Assembly: GCF_001194135.2 (NCBI RefSeq)
Contig: NC_068987.1
Location: forward strand, 6,452,983 to 6,509,939
Source of the DNA: Octopus bimaculoides
Lineage: Eukaryota
Direction: 5' to 3'
Length of the DNA: 56,957 nt
The translations under genes and the position numbers were made by a program. Below are positions 11,491-23,225 of this stretch, piece by piece. Under the pieces are notes generated by a model. The model had not been told where the DNA came from, ran no database searches, and saw only the letters and a list, made by a program, of their open reading frames with translations. Position 1 is the first letter of the stretch. Every line of letters begins with the position of its first letter.

Positions 11491-11974
11491 AAGGAAGGTG
11501 TAGGGGTAGTCATTGAGAGGAAGGGGGTTGTTTTGAGTCCGAACGGAATTTGAGTATGTATAGTAAAAATGGAATGCTGTTCCAGGCGGAGTCTAGAGTT
11601 GGTGGATCCATTGTGTAGGGCAAGGCTGGAGATGGTGATATTTGAGGTGGAGTGGTTAGCCAAGTGAAAATGATGGGTGACGGGGGTGTTCGTACGTAGA
11701 CAAACGTCTTGTAAGATGTTTGGCGAACTGGTTGGCTAGCCGGTGGCCTGTTTGACCAATGTAAAGTTTACACCTGGAAGAAGTGCAGGAGAAGGAGTTT
11801 CTAATGTAGAAGGTGTGCTGGTTGGATCCAGTGAGGGAGGTGGTGTTAGCGATTAAAGTACAGGTGTGGCAATGGGATTTGAAGCGAGGGAAGGATCCAG
11901 GTATGATTGGAATGAAGCGGGGTGGGGGTGGGGGTGAAGGGTACTACAGACATCTATGTGTGTGCGTGTGTGTG

Positions 11975-12190
11975 AGTCTTAGTATCTGCGTTTGTCCCAT
12001 CTCCATCACTGCTTGACAACTGGTATTGGTGTGTCTATGTCCCCATAACTTAGTGGTTCAGCAAAAGAGACTGATAAAAATAAGTATTTGCCGTAAAAAA
12101 AAGAAATCCCAGGGTCGATTTCTTTGACTAAAACCCCTCAAGGCTGTGCTCCAATATGGCCACGGTCAAATGACTGAAACATATAAAAGA
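11975..12190 (+). mobile_element. SINE family B 3' module
   Basis: gcttgacaactggtattggtgtg...cttagtggttcagcaaaagagactgata...gtcaaatgactgaaac. Confidence 0.8.
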
Positions 12191-12559
12191 ATCAATGATT
12201 TGTATAATTTGGTAAACTTAATCCTTTCGTTACCACATTTTTGTTGAAATATGCAAATTTTGTTTCAATTAATTTTGAAAATAAGAATTTAGTAAACATT
12301 TGACATTACTAAGCAGAATTATGCAGCTGCAATCCTTACCTTTTTTTTTTCTATCTTCAGTTGCATTGTTTACATTGATGTATTCAGTGCTCATATAACT
12401 TTCAAGGCTTGCTCTGAACTCTAAAAGAAAATCTGCAGAGATAAAATTTAAAATATTAAGCTGATGTTCAGAACATAAATTCACATGAGATTTTAATGGA
12501 AGGTTGGGCAGTCTCAGGTGCTGCCTGACTCTGTTGTGGTTTAACTCTTTAATATACAT

Positions 12560-12735
12560 ATTGTTTGGAATTAATCATGCATTAGCTTGTAGCTAAGACA
12601 TTTTCATGATGTGATTGCTTAGTTTTAGAAAGATATTGTAGGACAGGTATGAGAGACCAGATCTGGCCAGTTTTAACATAAAACTGGTTCAATATTTAGG
12701 CCTGATATGGCCAGTTTGAATACTAAAAGGTTAAA
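12560..12735 (-). mobile_element. piggyBac-type MITE family H (partial)
   Basis: ttaatcatgcatt...gagagaccagatctggccagttt...tactaaaaggttaa. Confidence 0.65.
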
Positions 12736-12804
12736 AATCTTTTTATGACTTCTTATGAAATCAAGGTGCCTTGCCAGTATACAAAGCTTTGTATAGACAG
12801 TGTG

Positions 12805-13160
12805 TGGAGGCACAATGGCCCAGTGGTTAGGGCAGCGGACTCGTGGTCATAGGATTGCAGTTTCGATTCCCAGACTGAGTGTTGTGAGTGTTTATTGAGC
12901 AGAAGCACTTAAAGCTCCATGAGGCTCCGGGAGGGGATGGTGGCGAACCCTGCTGTACTCTTTCACCACAACTTTCTCTCACTCTTACTTCCTGTTTCTG
13001 TTGTGCCTGTAATTCAAAGGGGTCAGCCTTGTCACACTGTGTCACGCTGAATATCCCCGAGAACTACGTTAAGGGGTACACGTGTCTGTGGAGTGCTCAG
13101 CCACTTGCACGGTAATTTCACGAGCAGGCTGTTCCACTGATCGGATCAACTGGAACCCAA
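12805..13160 (+). mobile_element. tRNA-derived SINE family D
   Basis: A box tggcccagtggttagg and B-box-like gtttcgattccc. The 3' end ctgatcggatcaactggaa is shared with the element at 37590-37850. Confidence 0.75.
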
Positions 13161-13363
13161 TGGAGTGCCGTAGTAATATAGGCAGTGTGTCTATGAGAAA
13201 AATCAGCAGCAAAACCAACACTGATAATCAATCACCAGACAGCCTTTTCTGCGTAGTCGGAGAAGGGAAGCTATAATCCACAATAAAAATCTTTAAAATT
13301 CAATCACACGGTTCCAGGTGATGTACATTATGTAAACCTCTGGATCAGGCGATCCTATTTTGT

Positions 13364-13478
13364 TTTGTAGTAAAGAGTGTTTGCCAACATAACATGGCAG
13401 TCCCAGTTTAGGACTAATGTTGCTGTAATTTAGCCCCAGGACTGCCATGTTATGTTGGCAAACAATCTTTACTACAAA
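13364..13478. repeat. 40-bp inverted repeat (1 mismatch) with 35-nt spacer
   Basis: tttgtagtaaagagtgtttgccaacataacatggcagtcc versus ggactgccatgttatgttggcaaacaatctttactacaaa. Confidence 0.95.
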
Positions 13479-13509
13479 GTACTGTGGTCAGTGCCAGCCC
13501 CCTCTGGAA

Positions 13510-13600
13510 CCTGTGCCGGTGGCATGTAAAAAAGCACCCACTACACTCTCGGAGTGGTTGGCGTTAGGAAGGGCATCCAGCTGTAGAAACCATACCACAT
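13510..13600 (+). mobile_element. RTE 3'-UTR (family C) fragment
   Basis: gtgccggtggcatgtaaaaaagcacccactacactctcggagtggttggcgttaggaagggcatccagctgtagaaac. Confidence 0.8.
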
Positions 13601-13609
13601 CTGTCCAAG

Positions 13610-13855
13610 ATGTGCAGTGGGACTGAACCTGGAGCCGTGTCACTGGGAAGCAAACTTCTTACCACACACCGATATATATATTCCTTTACTTGTTTCAGAC
13701 ATTTGACTGCGGCCATGCTGGAGCACTGCCTTTAGTCGAACAAATCGACCCCAGGACTTATTCTTTGTAAGCCTAGTACTTATTCTATTGGTCTCTTTTG
13801 CCGAACCACTAATGTTACAGAGATGTAAACACATCAACATCGGTGTCAAGCGATC
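13610..13855 (-). mobile_element. SINE family B pieces (3' module followed by a head fragment)
   Basis: tttacttgtttcagacatttgactgcggccatgctggagcac...gccgaacc and gggactgaacctggagcc. Confidence 0.8.
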
Positions 13856-14112
13856 ATGGGGGAAGGCAATTACAAATACATATATATATATATATATACA
13901 TATATATATGTATGTATATATATACCCATAAAATTCAAATGTTCACTGGACAAATTTCTTCAAAAAATCCCGGACCAACCTCCTACCCTTGGGTATGTCT
14001 CCAACAATAATAACTCTTTGCTAGAGTGGGCTATGGTGCCCCAAAGACTTCACCAGGTAGTGCCATTAAGTTAGACATGGCCTGGGCCTATACAGGCTGA
14101 AAGTTATCAAAG

Positions 14113-14142
<30 letters not shown>

Positions 14143-14146
<4 letters not shown>

Positions 14147-14280
14147 CAGGCTTCTTCCAGTTTCTGTCTACTAAATCCAAATCCACTCACAAGGCTTTGG
14201 TCAGCCCGCCATGCAATGGGACTGAACCTGGAACCACATGGTTCGGGAAGCAAGCTTCTTACCACACAGCCACTGCTATA
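14143..14280 (-). mobile_element. SINE family B 5' module (internally deleted)
   Basis: ggcttcttccagtttctgtctactaaatcc...gggactgaacctggaaccacatggttcgggaagcaagcttcttaccacacagccac. Confidence 0.85.
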
Positions 14281-15473
14281 TATANNNNNNNNNNNNNNNN
14301 NNNNNNNNNNNNNNNNNNNNNNNNNNNNNNNNNNNNNNNNNNNNNNNNNNNNNNNNNNNNNNNNNNNNNNNNNNNNNNNNNNNNNNNNNNNNNNNNNNNN
14401 NNNNNNNNNNNNNNNNNNNNNNNNNNNNNNNNNNNNNNNNNNNNNNNNNNNNNNNNNNNNNNNNNNNNNNNNNNNNNNNNNNNNNNNNNNNNNNNNNNNN
14501 NNNNNNNNNNNNNNNNNNNNNNNNNNNNNNNNNNNNNNNNNNNNNNNNNNNNNNNNNNNNNNNNNNNNNNNNNNNNNNNNNNNNNNNNNNNNNNNNNNNN
14601 NNNNNNNNNNNNNNNNNNNNNNNNNNNNNNNNNNNNNNNNNNNNNNNNNNNNNNNNNNNNNNNNNNNNAAAAAAAAAAAAAAAAGCCGCAATAATTATGC
14701 ACCAACGCAATACATACATACATACATATATACTTATTTACATAATATCGAGGTCTCTTTCTTTCTTTTGTTGTCCTTTCTATTAATATATATATATATA
14801 TATACAGACAGACAGACATGCACTGTAAATTTTTGATCGATTAAGCAGGTACCTCTGGTGTCATTGATCGCCTGTATGTGTGTATATGTTATATATATGC
14901 GTTCCCGTGTGACCAACGATGTGTTTACTTCAACATTTGTAAAGTACCCTGAAATATTTTTGCATCAGTTCAGTGTGCATTGATTGATTGCAGTCTGTAC
15001 ATTATGAATACGCAGAACTCACTGTCTGTCGGTATGTCTACATAGATATATATGCGTTTGGATGTATATTTTAACATCAATATTTGAACTTAAAAAGAGT
15101 AGCTTACATTTAATCCTAACTCTATATTGGATATAACGTGTCTCTCTCAATATATGTATGTGCAAGTCCATACATACCATACCAGCTTAAAAATACACAA
15201 ATAAACATGCATCTCCATCGCCAGCACTGAGAAATTATACAACCACCACCGCCAGCACCACTACTACAGCTGTTACCACACACTTACGCCTCCATAGCCA
15301 ACATAACAGTTGTCCTGCAGATTACTTCGACGTTTTTATAATACCTGGAGCTTTGATTCCGGTGAACGGATAAATTTTTAATTAATTTTAAATAATGACT
15401 TAAGACATACTAATTTTTCCAGCAATAACTGGTTGATAAAATTATCAGTGATTATATATAATAAGCAGCTTCA

Positions 15474-15855
15474 AATGTGGGTGGCTGTGTGGTAAGTAGC
15501 TTGCTTACCAACCACATGGTTCCGGGGTTCAGTCCCACTGCGTGGCACCTTGGGCAAGTGTCTTCTACTATAGCCTCGGAGTGAGTGGATTTGGTAGACA
15601 GAAACTGAAAGAAGCCCGTCGTATATATGGATTATATATATGAATATATATATGTATGTGTGTGTGTATATGTTTGTGTTTGTCCCCCCCAACATCGCTT
15701 GACAACCGATGCTGGTGTGTTTACGTCCCCTTAACCTAGAGTTCGGCAAAAGTGACCTTTAGAATAAGTACTAGGATTACAAAGAATAAGTCCTGGGGTC
15801 AATTTGCTCGACTAAAGGCGGTGCTCCAGCATGGCCACAATTAAATGAGTAAAAG
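15474..15855 (+). mobile_element. SINE family B, near full length
   Basis: Head, internal microsatellite and 3' module all present. Confidence 0.9.
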
Positions 15856-15996
15856 AGTGTATATAAGTAAATATTTCGTATGTATGTATGTATATATAAT
15901 AATAGAAATAATATGTGAGTATATGCATATACGTACATGTATGTACATACCTACATCTACGTGTATATGTAGATGCATATCTGGGTACAGGACGTC

Positions 15997-16035
<39 letters not shown>

Positions 16036-16587
16036 TACACGCTGTATATATGCTGTGTGTAGATATTAACGCGCGCCTATTACGAGGTTGTATCGCAGCT
16101 TATCGATAGCGTAGTGTGAAGCACAAGAATGCACAAATAATACAATAACAAGAGTAAAAGGAAAAAAAGTAAACAATTATATTAGCTATCACATAAAACA
16201 GATATAAATATATAACATCTGCATATAAACTACTTTCCTTTCCGTACCATGCTTGCTTGTATACGGTGTTCGTGTATGTTTAAGTGTTGTTTAGTGATGT
16301 GTGTAACGAAGCGGGCTTTTTAACTTGCAGCTTTCAGATATTTACCTTCAACTGTTGTAGGTTTACAACCGGATCTTCGAAGTAGTTTATAGCTCAGCGC
16401 ATTGGGCAATGTAGATCTTGTTAAGTTTGTTTTAACCACTTGAAGTATTTCATATTTTCTCTAAATTATTATTATTTTTTTTAAATGTAGTTTTGCAAAG
16501 CTGATGACGAAAATCGCATTCATTCCTCCTTGCTCCGCCTGGAAATTAATAAGACGGAGGTAAAGGATATGGACCGCACCCGCTCTC

Positions 16588-17023
16588 GGTGGTAAGAAGC
16601 TAGCTACCCAGACACGTGGTTCTGGGTTCAGTCCCACTGTGTGGCACCTTGGGTGAGTGTCATCTACAGTCGTCTTGGGCCGAACAAAGCCTAAACAAGT
16701 GACGGTGTGTTTACATCGTCACTTAGCGGTTCAGCAAAAGAGGTTGATAGAATAAGCACCAAGCTTAAAAAATAAAAATAAGTACTGGGAACCATTCATT
16801 CGACTAAAATACTGCAAGACGATGCCCCAGCATGGGCGCAGTCTATTGATTGCAACTTGTAAAAGAAGGAGTGGCTATGTGGTAAGTTGCTTGCTTACCA
16901 ACCACATGGGACCGGGTTCAGTCCCACTGCGTGACACCTTGGGCAAGTGTCTTCTACTATAGCCTCGGGCCGACCAAAACTTTGTGAGTGGATTTGGTAG
17001 ATGGAAACTGAAAGAAGCCTGTC

Positions 17024-17079
<56 letters not shown>

Positions 17080-17280
17080 ATCTGTATTTGTTTCCCCCAC
17101 CATCGCTTGACAACCGATGCTAGTGTGTTTACGTCTCTGTAACATAGTGGTTCGGCAAAACAGATTGATAGAATAAGTACTAGGCTTACAAAGAATAAGT
17201 CCTGGGGGTCGATATTTGATCGTCTAAAGGCGGTGCTCCCGCTTGGCCGCAGTCAAATGACTGAAACCAGTAAAAGACTA
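16588..17280 (+). mobile_element. Head-to-tail SINE family B dimer (deleted copy plus full copy)
   Basis: ggtggtaagaagctagc at 16588 and gagtggctatgtggtaag at ~16869. Confidence 0.85.
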
Positions 17281-17582
17281 TAAGAATGTATAGCCACAGT
17301 CAAATGACAAACAAGAACCTGTCTGTCTGTTTGTCTATCCGCACATACACACATACATACATGTATTTGATAAAGTGAAAGTCAAGTATTGCATCAGATT
17401 TTTTTTCTTTTCTTTGTAAAACCATGCTAGCATGTAAACAAGTAATTTGTCGCCAAGAAAATGGCATTTATAAATTTGTAATATGGGAAGGGAAATCCGA
17501 AGAAGACGACGACGACGAAAACGTATGTTATTTGTATATATATGTGTGTGGGTACGTACGTGCGTGCGTAGGCGAGAAGTTG

Positions 17583-17739
17583 GGTCCCGAACGCCCAGTC
17601 GCGCGTCCGCGGTAGCTACGTAAGTGGTCGATCCTAACCCTAACCCTAAACACATGTATTCATTTGCACACGCGCACTTTTTGTAGGATCGACCACTCAC
17701 AACCAACTAGCGCGGACGCGCGACTGCGCGTTCGGGACC
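17583..17739. mobile_element. GC-rich MITE-like element, ~54-bp imperfect TIRs enclosing (CCCTAA) repeats
   Basis: ggtcccgaacgcccagtcgcgcgtccgcg...gtggtcgatccta pairs with taggatcgaccac...cgcggacgcgcgactgcgcgttcgggacc. Confidence 0.8.
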
Positions 17740-18074
17740 ACTCTGCTTTAGTAGTACCGAGAAGTTGCTCACTAACTCTAATTTCTGAGCTGCAAAGCTA
17801 GCTGTTTACCTCTCTCGCATTTCTTCAAAAAATATACAGTGTAGCCTCTTGCCTGTTATGTCTAGCAGAACGAGCGACCGTGTAAAATGCAGGCTTGGGC
17901 AACCGTTTCTGAGAGCTACTGAAAAAAATTCAAGCTAATTTCTCATTTAGGTATGGCCACTGAGAAACACCCGCATTTTATAACCGATGCCCCTGTCGTT
18001 GTTAACCACAACTCCTTATATATTTGTTGCAATGTTTAAAGGACTAATGATACGAAAACTTGTTCTGAAAACAA

Positions 18075-18105
<31 letters not shown>

Positions 18106-18108
18106 CAC

Positions 18109-18149
<41 letters not shown>

Positions 18150-18759
18150 AGCATACCTTACCCTACGTCGTTAATTGGTTCCAGGAGACACGACTTAAAT
18201 CGAATTAACTTGTCTCTAGGCTAATTTTTAATTCCATTAGACATTCTAAAATACTATTAAATTTCATTCAATTTTAANNNNNNNNNNNNNNNNNNNNNNN
18301 NNNNNNNNNNNNNNNNNNNNNNNNNNNNNNNNNNNNNNNNNNNNNNNNNNNNNNNNNNNNNNNNNNNNNNNNNNNNNNNNNNNNNNNNNNNNNNNNNNNN
18401 NNNNGGTTTCATGCAAGACGATTTTTCTACAGCTCTAGGAATCACATGAATAATGAAACCATAAAGTGCATAATATATAATTCAACTATTACATATATAT
18501 TATGTGTGATACAAATATAATGCAAAAAAAAAACCACCCTGCAGACAGCGATAATCAATAAAATAGACATGGAATTTTAAAATTTATTCCTTCTGTCCAG
18601 CCCAGTACCAAATGACCCCCGTTTTAAAACTTTGCTTAACGTACTTCTCCTTGGCTGAAAAGAACAAACAGCCGTGTATTAGACATTGGACCGAATTCTT
18701 TGCATGGCTGCTGTCCAATAACTTGAATTCAAAGAACATGTCTATACGTTTTATATCTT

Positions 18760-19410
18760 ACATGGTTCCGACATTGAAATGCGGCCATGCTGGGGCATCG
18801 CGTGGATTGTCTTGTGGAAAAAAATTGACCCTCCCAGTACTCATCTTAAAGTCTGATACTACTTATTTTTGGCTTCTCATTTGCCGAACCGCTAAGCCAC
18901 GGGAACGTAAACAAACACCTGAGGACATACGTACACACACACATAAAATAACCTTTCGGTAATAGTCTATGACGTCATTAGTAACATTGACTTTCATCTG
19001 CTCGACACAGCTGAGTAGTCAAACACACACACACACATACATACATATATTATTCTGTGTGTTTTTGTATCTGTTTGTTCCCGCTTGGCAATCGTGTTGG
19101 TTTGTTTACCTCCCAGTAACTTAGCGGTTCGGCAAAATAAACCGACAGAATAAATACCAGAATTTTAGAAAAAAATGTACTGGAGTAGATTCGCTCGATA
19201 AAAAAGGAAAACAAAAATTCAAGGCAACGCTGAAACAAGAAAAAAAAAATGCTTCCACAATTTCTGTGTATCAAATTCATCATCCACAAGGCATTAGTCG
19301 GGCCAGGGTCAGCTGCAGAAGACACTTGCCCAAGGTGCCGCGAAGTGGTACTGAACGCGAAACTGAACGCCAAACCACGTGGTTACAAAACGAGCTTCTT
19401 GACCTCACAT
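18760..19410. mobile_element. Cluster of SINE family B modules (3' minus 18760-18925, 3' plus 19055-19230, 5' minus 19245-19410)
   Basis: Matches to B modules, e.g. gccgaaccgctaagcc, cttagcggttcggcaaaa, gaagacacttgcccaaggtgcc. Confidence 0.75.
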
Positions 19411-19510
19411 CCATATCTGTTTATATATCTCGTATTAGCCTGTGCGCATTTATGCATAGGTGCTTTCATATCTGCAACTAACCGCAGCGCACCAATGGCT
19501 ATGTATTTGC

Positions 19511-19560
<50 letters not shown>

Positions 19561-21308
19561 GTGTATGGAACAATAAATGTGTATGCCTTTGTGTGTGTGC
19601 CTGTTTAAAATAAACAATCGCAATTTTTACTACTACTACTACTACTGCTACTACCGCTGCCGCCACTACCACCGTATTCGTTGCTAAACATCGCCTTTTA
19701 CTCGAAGACTTTCTGTCTGTGTTCGTAAACCACGTGAGCGAATGACTTTCTTTCATCCACAGATGAATTCTTCACACACCGCTATCACCACCATCACACA
19801 TAAAAAACGGTAGCACTACGTGGAGAATCAGCGGTGATAGTAATAGTGGCGGTGGTAGCGGCGTCGTTCTCGTGGTCTGACGAAATCGTACTAAAATTTC
19901 TCTTAGTTGTATGCGTGTGCTGTTATAAATATATAAATATATATATATACATATATTATACATACACATGTATGTATATATGTATGTTTCTCTGCGCGCC
20001 AGTACATACGATGTCAGTATAACCTATGTACGTCTGTATATGTATATTCATGTATAATATATATGTGTGCGTGTGATATAGGTGAAGGAAAAATTAAAGC
20101 CGCAACGAAGCTAGTCGGGGGGCAAAAAGTCGGGGTATTTTGTTACATTTCCCGTAGAGAAATCAAACTGCCGACTGGCAATAATATGATTTGTATAACA
20201 AGACAACACGATTTATTTAATGGCATTTATAGTTCTGTGGTATATATATCTAAAAAAATATGTGTTATATTGGATATCTCATATAAAACAATGAATTCGT
20301 GATCCCCATCTTCCCAAACAACAACATTTAGTCAGGTTTTCTTACGGCTTCCCCCCCCCCACCTCCTGGGATTCGTACAAAAATAAATATAAGCTGGGTT
20401 GGAACACGAGGGCAATAGTAAGTAGCATATATAGGTACATGCATACATACATACATGTATACAATGTAGAACCTTGATGCGTATGTATATTGTGTGTGTA
20501 TATACACAAACGCATACATATATATATATTTCAGTTTACATACAAATTAAATGTATGTTTAAAAATACGATAGCTGTGATCTTCTTCTAGCACATTAGCA
20601 GTCCACCTAGTGGCCTCCTTTATATATATTTTTATATATACATATACAATAATCCTTTGAGATCTCAGATATTTTTTCTGAATATCTCTGATTCTTTTAA
20701 TGTGCTTGTTACTTGGTATTAAATTGATATTAATTAATATCCAATTTTTTACCCTATTGTTTAATTTATATATCTATCTCTCTCTCTATATATATATGTA
20801 AACACGCACACACAAATGCTACACGTGTGTATATAAACGCTACACATGTTGAAGCTCTTTCTATAAACCAGTGTGAAAAAAAAAATGCCCCCCACCCCAC
20901 CGCTACACACCTCCATACACTCGCGCGCGCTAACATAATGAACTGTATCTGTCTATCACAGACAGGCTGCTCTATATAAGGATATGTCTCTGTAGAAAGA
21001 AATGGAAACCTAGATTATGTCTGTCGATGAGTGTGTTTGTATGTGATGTTTATGTTATTTAGCGTATAGACCTAACAATGAGAAGCTTATCAGGCATGTG
21101 AAAGTGCGTTTTTGCATGCATGTAAATATGCGCGTCTTGTAGGCACCGAAGTATGTACATTCACATGCATAATCTAATCACGTGCATTCTTATTTAACAC
21201 GATCGAATTCTAAGCCGACTAAAATACTAGTAAACACGAGTTTCTTAAAGTATGTATATGTTACCAGTGTATGTGTTATATACACTGGTAATGTAAATAT
21301 GTTACATC

Positions 21309-21370
<62 letters not shown>

Positions 21371-21609
21371 GCCCAACACACTGCACACCGATAGAAAGTA
21401 TATATGCGCTACATTTATAAACATACCCACCCACGCGCATACACGCACGCAGCAGATGCTATAATAATAATGATGATGTTGATAATGAAGCGAATTTCTT
21501 TATAAAAACGTACATTATGACCGAACGAGAGACTCCATGTGGTCGCTCGACTTACTAGACATAACAGCTATATTTCCCTAAAATTATACATCCTATAGTT
21601 TCAAAACGA

Positions 21610-21770
21610 CGAACAACCACATGACGAACAACCACATGACACCTTGAGCAAATGCCGTCTACTAATAGCCTCGGACCGACCAAAACCTTGTAAGTGGACT
21701 TGGTAGACGGAAACTGAAAGAAGCGCGTCACGTGTGTGTGTGTCCCAACATCGCTTGACAAAGTGATCGC
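21610..21770 (+). mobile_element. Deleted SINE family B copy with a 17-bp tandem duplication
   Basis: gacgaacaaccacat x2, then gacaccttgagcaa...gacggaaactgaaagaagc. Confidence 0.7.
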
Positions 21771-21950
21771 AGAACAGCGGGAGGTGACTGCATGTACGTA
21801 CACGTATAATATACACGTATATAGGTATGGTTCGGGTGAAATAACGAGAGGTAGAGGAGACGGACCAATAGGAAAGATGAGAGATTACAACTGGTAGATA
21901 AAAATTTCAAATCTGGTGGACAAAATGTAGACAAACTGAAAAGAGAAGTA

Positions 21951-21978
21951 GATTGACGTTTCGGGTGAACCTTCAATC
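21951..21978 (-). ncRNA. Hammerhead relic with intact GAAACGUC but deleted CUGAU
   Basis: Minus: gauu-[missing CUGAU]-GAAGGuucaCCC-GAAAC-GUC-aauc, with stem I gauu/aauc, followed by a pyrimidine-rich PLE-like tail. Confidence 0.5.
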
Positions 21979-22134
21979 AAAAGAGAGTTATAAGAAAAGG
22001 AACGATAACTTTGAAGCGAGTGTGTCTTACCGTAAACTGTACTTGACGCACGTATGGAGAGGCTCATACTTAAATACAAATAAATACCAGTCATAAAGGG
22101 GAGGGGGAAAAGTTGTAGAAAGAGATCCTTGAGA

Positions 22135-22250
22135 AGCCTGGCTGTGTGGATAAGAAGTTCCCTTCACCATCACATGGTTTCAGGTTCAATCTCATTACAC
22201 GGCGCGCTGGCCGACCAATATCTTGTGAGTGAATTTAGTGGACGGAAACT
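22135..22250 (+). mobile_element. SINE family B 5' module, degenerate
   Basis: ggctgtgtggataagaag...cacatggtttcaggttca...gacggaaactg. Confidence 0.7.
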
Positions 22251-22471
22251 GTCCACACACACATTATATATATATAAATATATATAAATTCGTTGTGTTG
22301 CGTTCCATTACTTAATAAATGAAAAAATGCATAAACAAAAGACAACGTATGCTGAACGTAAAAACAAACAGAAAGTCCTCAATTCTTCATCAGTTATCGA
22401 CCAATGGTCCTCTTCAGTTTCGCACCTGTAACGATAAGACAGTGCTTTAGCTCATTAAATAAGGTCAGGCA

Positions 22472-22513
22472 GTTGTGCTGATGACGGCTATTGAGGTAGA
22501 AACGTGTCCATAC
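22472..22513 (+). ncRNA. Possible hammerhead relic with broken stem II
   Basis: guugug-CUGAUGA-c-GGCUA-uugagg-UA[gcc missing]-GAAAC-gu-GUC-cauac. Confidence 0.35.
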
Positions 22514-23029
22514 TGTAATCTTTTAGCCCTAAATGCGACAGACTGCAACCGAATACTATCCAGCCTTGACCACATCGTCTGAATCTCAAACTATATAGTA
22601 ACCAATGTAAACCTTTGTTTAAGTCAGTAAATGAGTAACAGGAAAGAGGTTTAGCTGCTATTTCCGGCGGGTCCTGCAAATTATGTTGAAATTCTCCTTC
22701 ATTCAGGTTACTTATAGAACAGATCGAAAAATAAAAGGCGCTCCAGCTGCGACAACCCCCCCCCCCCCTACTCTTTTTCAGGTGCAATCTATTCCTAGAC
22801 TACATTTATCCAATGTGCCCTTCCTTATATTTCAACTAGGCTGAAATTTAGCTGCTGTTTCTAAATAGCAAGCCTTTTTATGAAAGAACATTTTGTAATG
22901 CCTAGAAAGCTGTTGTTTATTATATAATCACTTAGTGGACCCTGTTTGCTTAATGTTATTGATACCGAAGTGATCACAATAACCAGCTTCTATATTTACT
23001 AGAATTATGCTGGCTTTTCTAATTGTTAT

Positions 23030-23225
23030 GTTGTTTAGCTAGAAATCAGCTCTGAACAGACCTAAGAACAAAGCTGTTTCTAACCGTGACCATCACTTAG
23101 ATTTTTTTTCCAAGCATCGTAACCTACAATACATGAAGCCAGCGCTTCCCCTCCTTTATTATTTATTATTACGATAAAAACGAAATGTAGCTGTTATTTC
23201 TAGCAGGTTGTACGAATAGGCAGTG
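23030..23225 (+). mobile_element. Old dispersed repeat family G (marker motif gctgctatttctagcagg); also 23990-24260 minus, 31230-31400, 31640-31810, 34660-34860, 47005-47215
   Basis: Recurring cagaccta(a/t)gatcaaagg...gaccatc...gagatttggctgctatttctagcag pieces. Confidence 0.6.

Larger units (their letters stand above)
10520..11920 (-). mobile_element. Penelope-like retroelement 3' remnant: decayed GIY-YIG endonuclease, low-complexity linker and HHR-bearing tail
   Basis: Minus translation with frameshifts: PGSFPRFKSHCHTCTLIANTTSLTGSNQHTFYIRNSFSCTSS / YIGQTGHRLANQFAKHL / NTPVTHHFHLANHSTSNITISSLALHNGSTNSRLRLEQHSIFTIHTQIPFGL. This matches the PLE pattern CxxC...FTCxS...YIGETGRRL...PVAxHF...RxxxEQxxIFxLxTxxPxG. 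Confidence 0.85.

Noticed and set aside
22390-22422. Minus-strand CUGAAGA-G-GACC-auu-GGUC-GAUAAC
   Set aside because: GAAA is broken, with no cleavage triplet or stem I.
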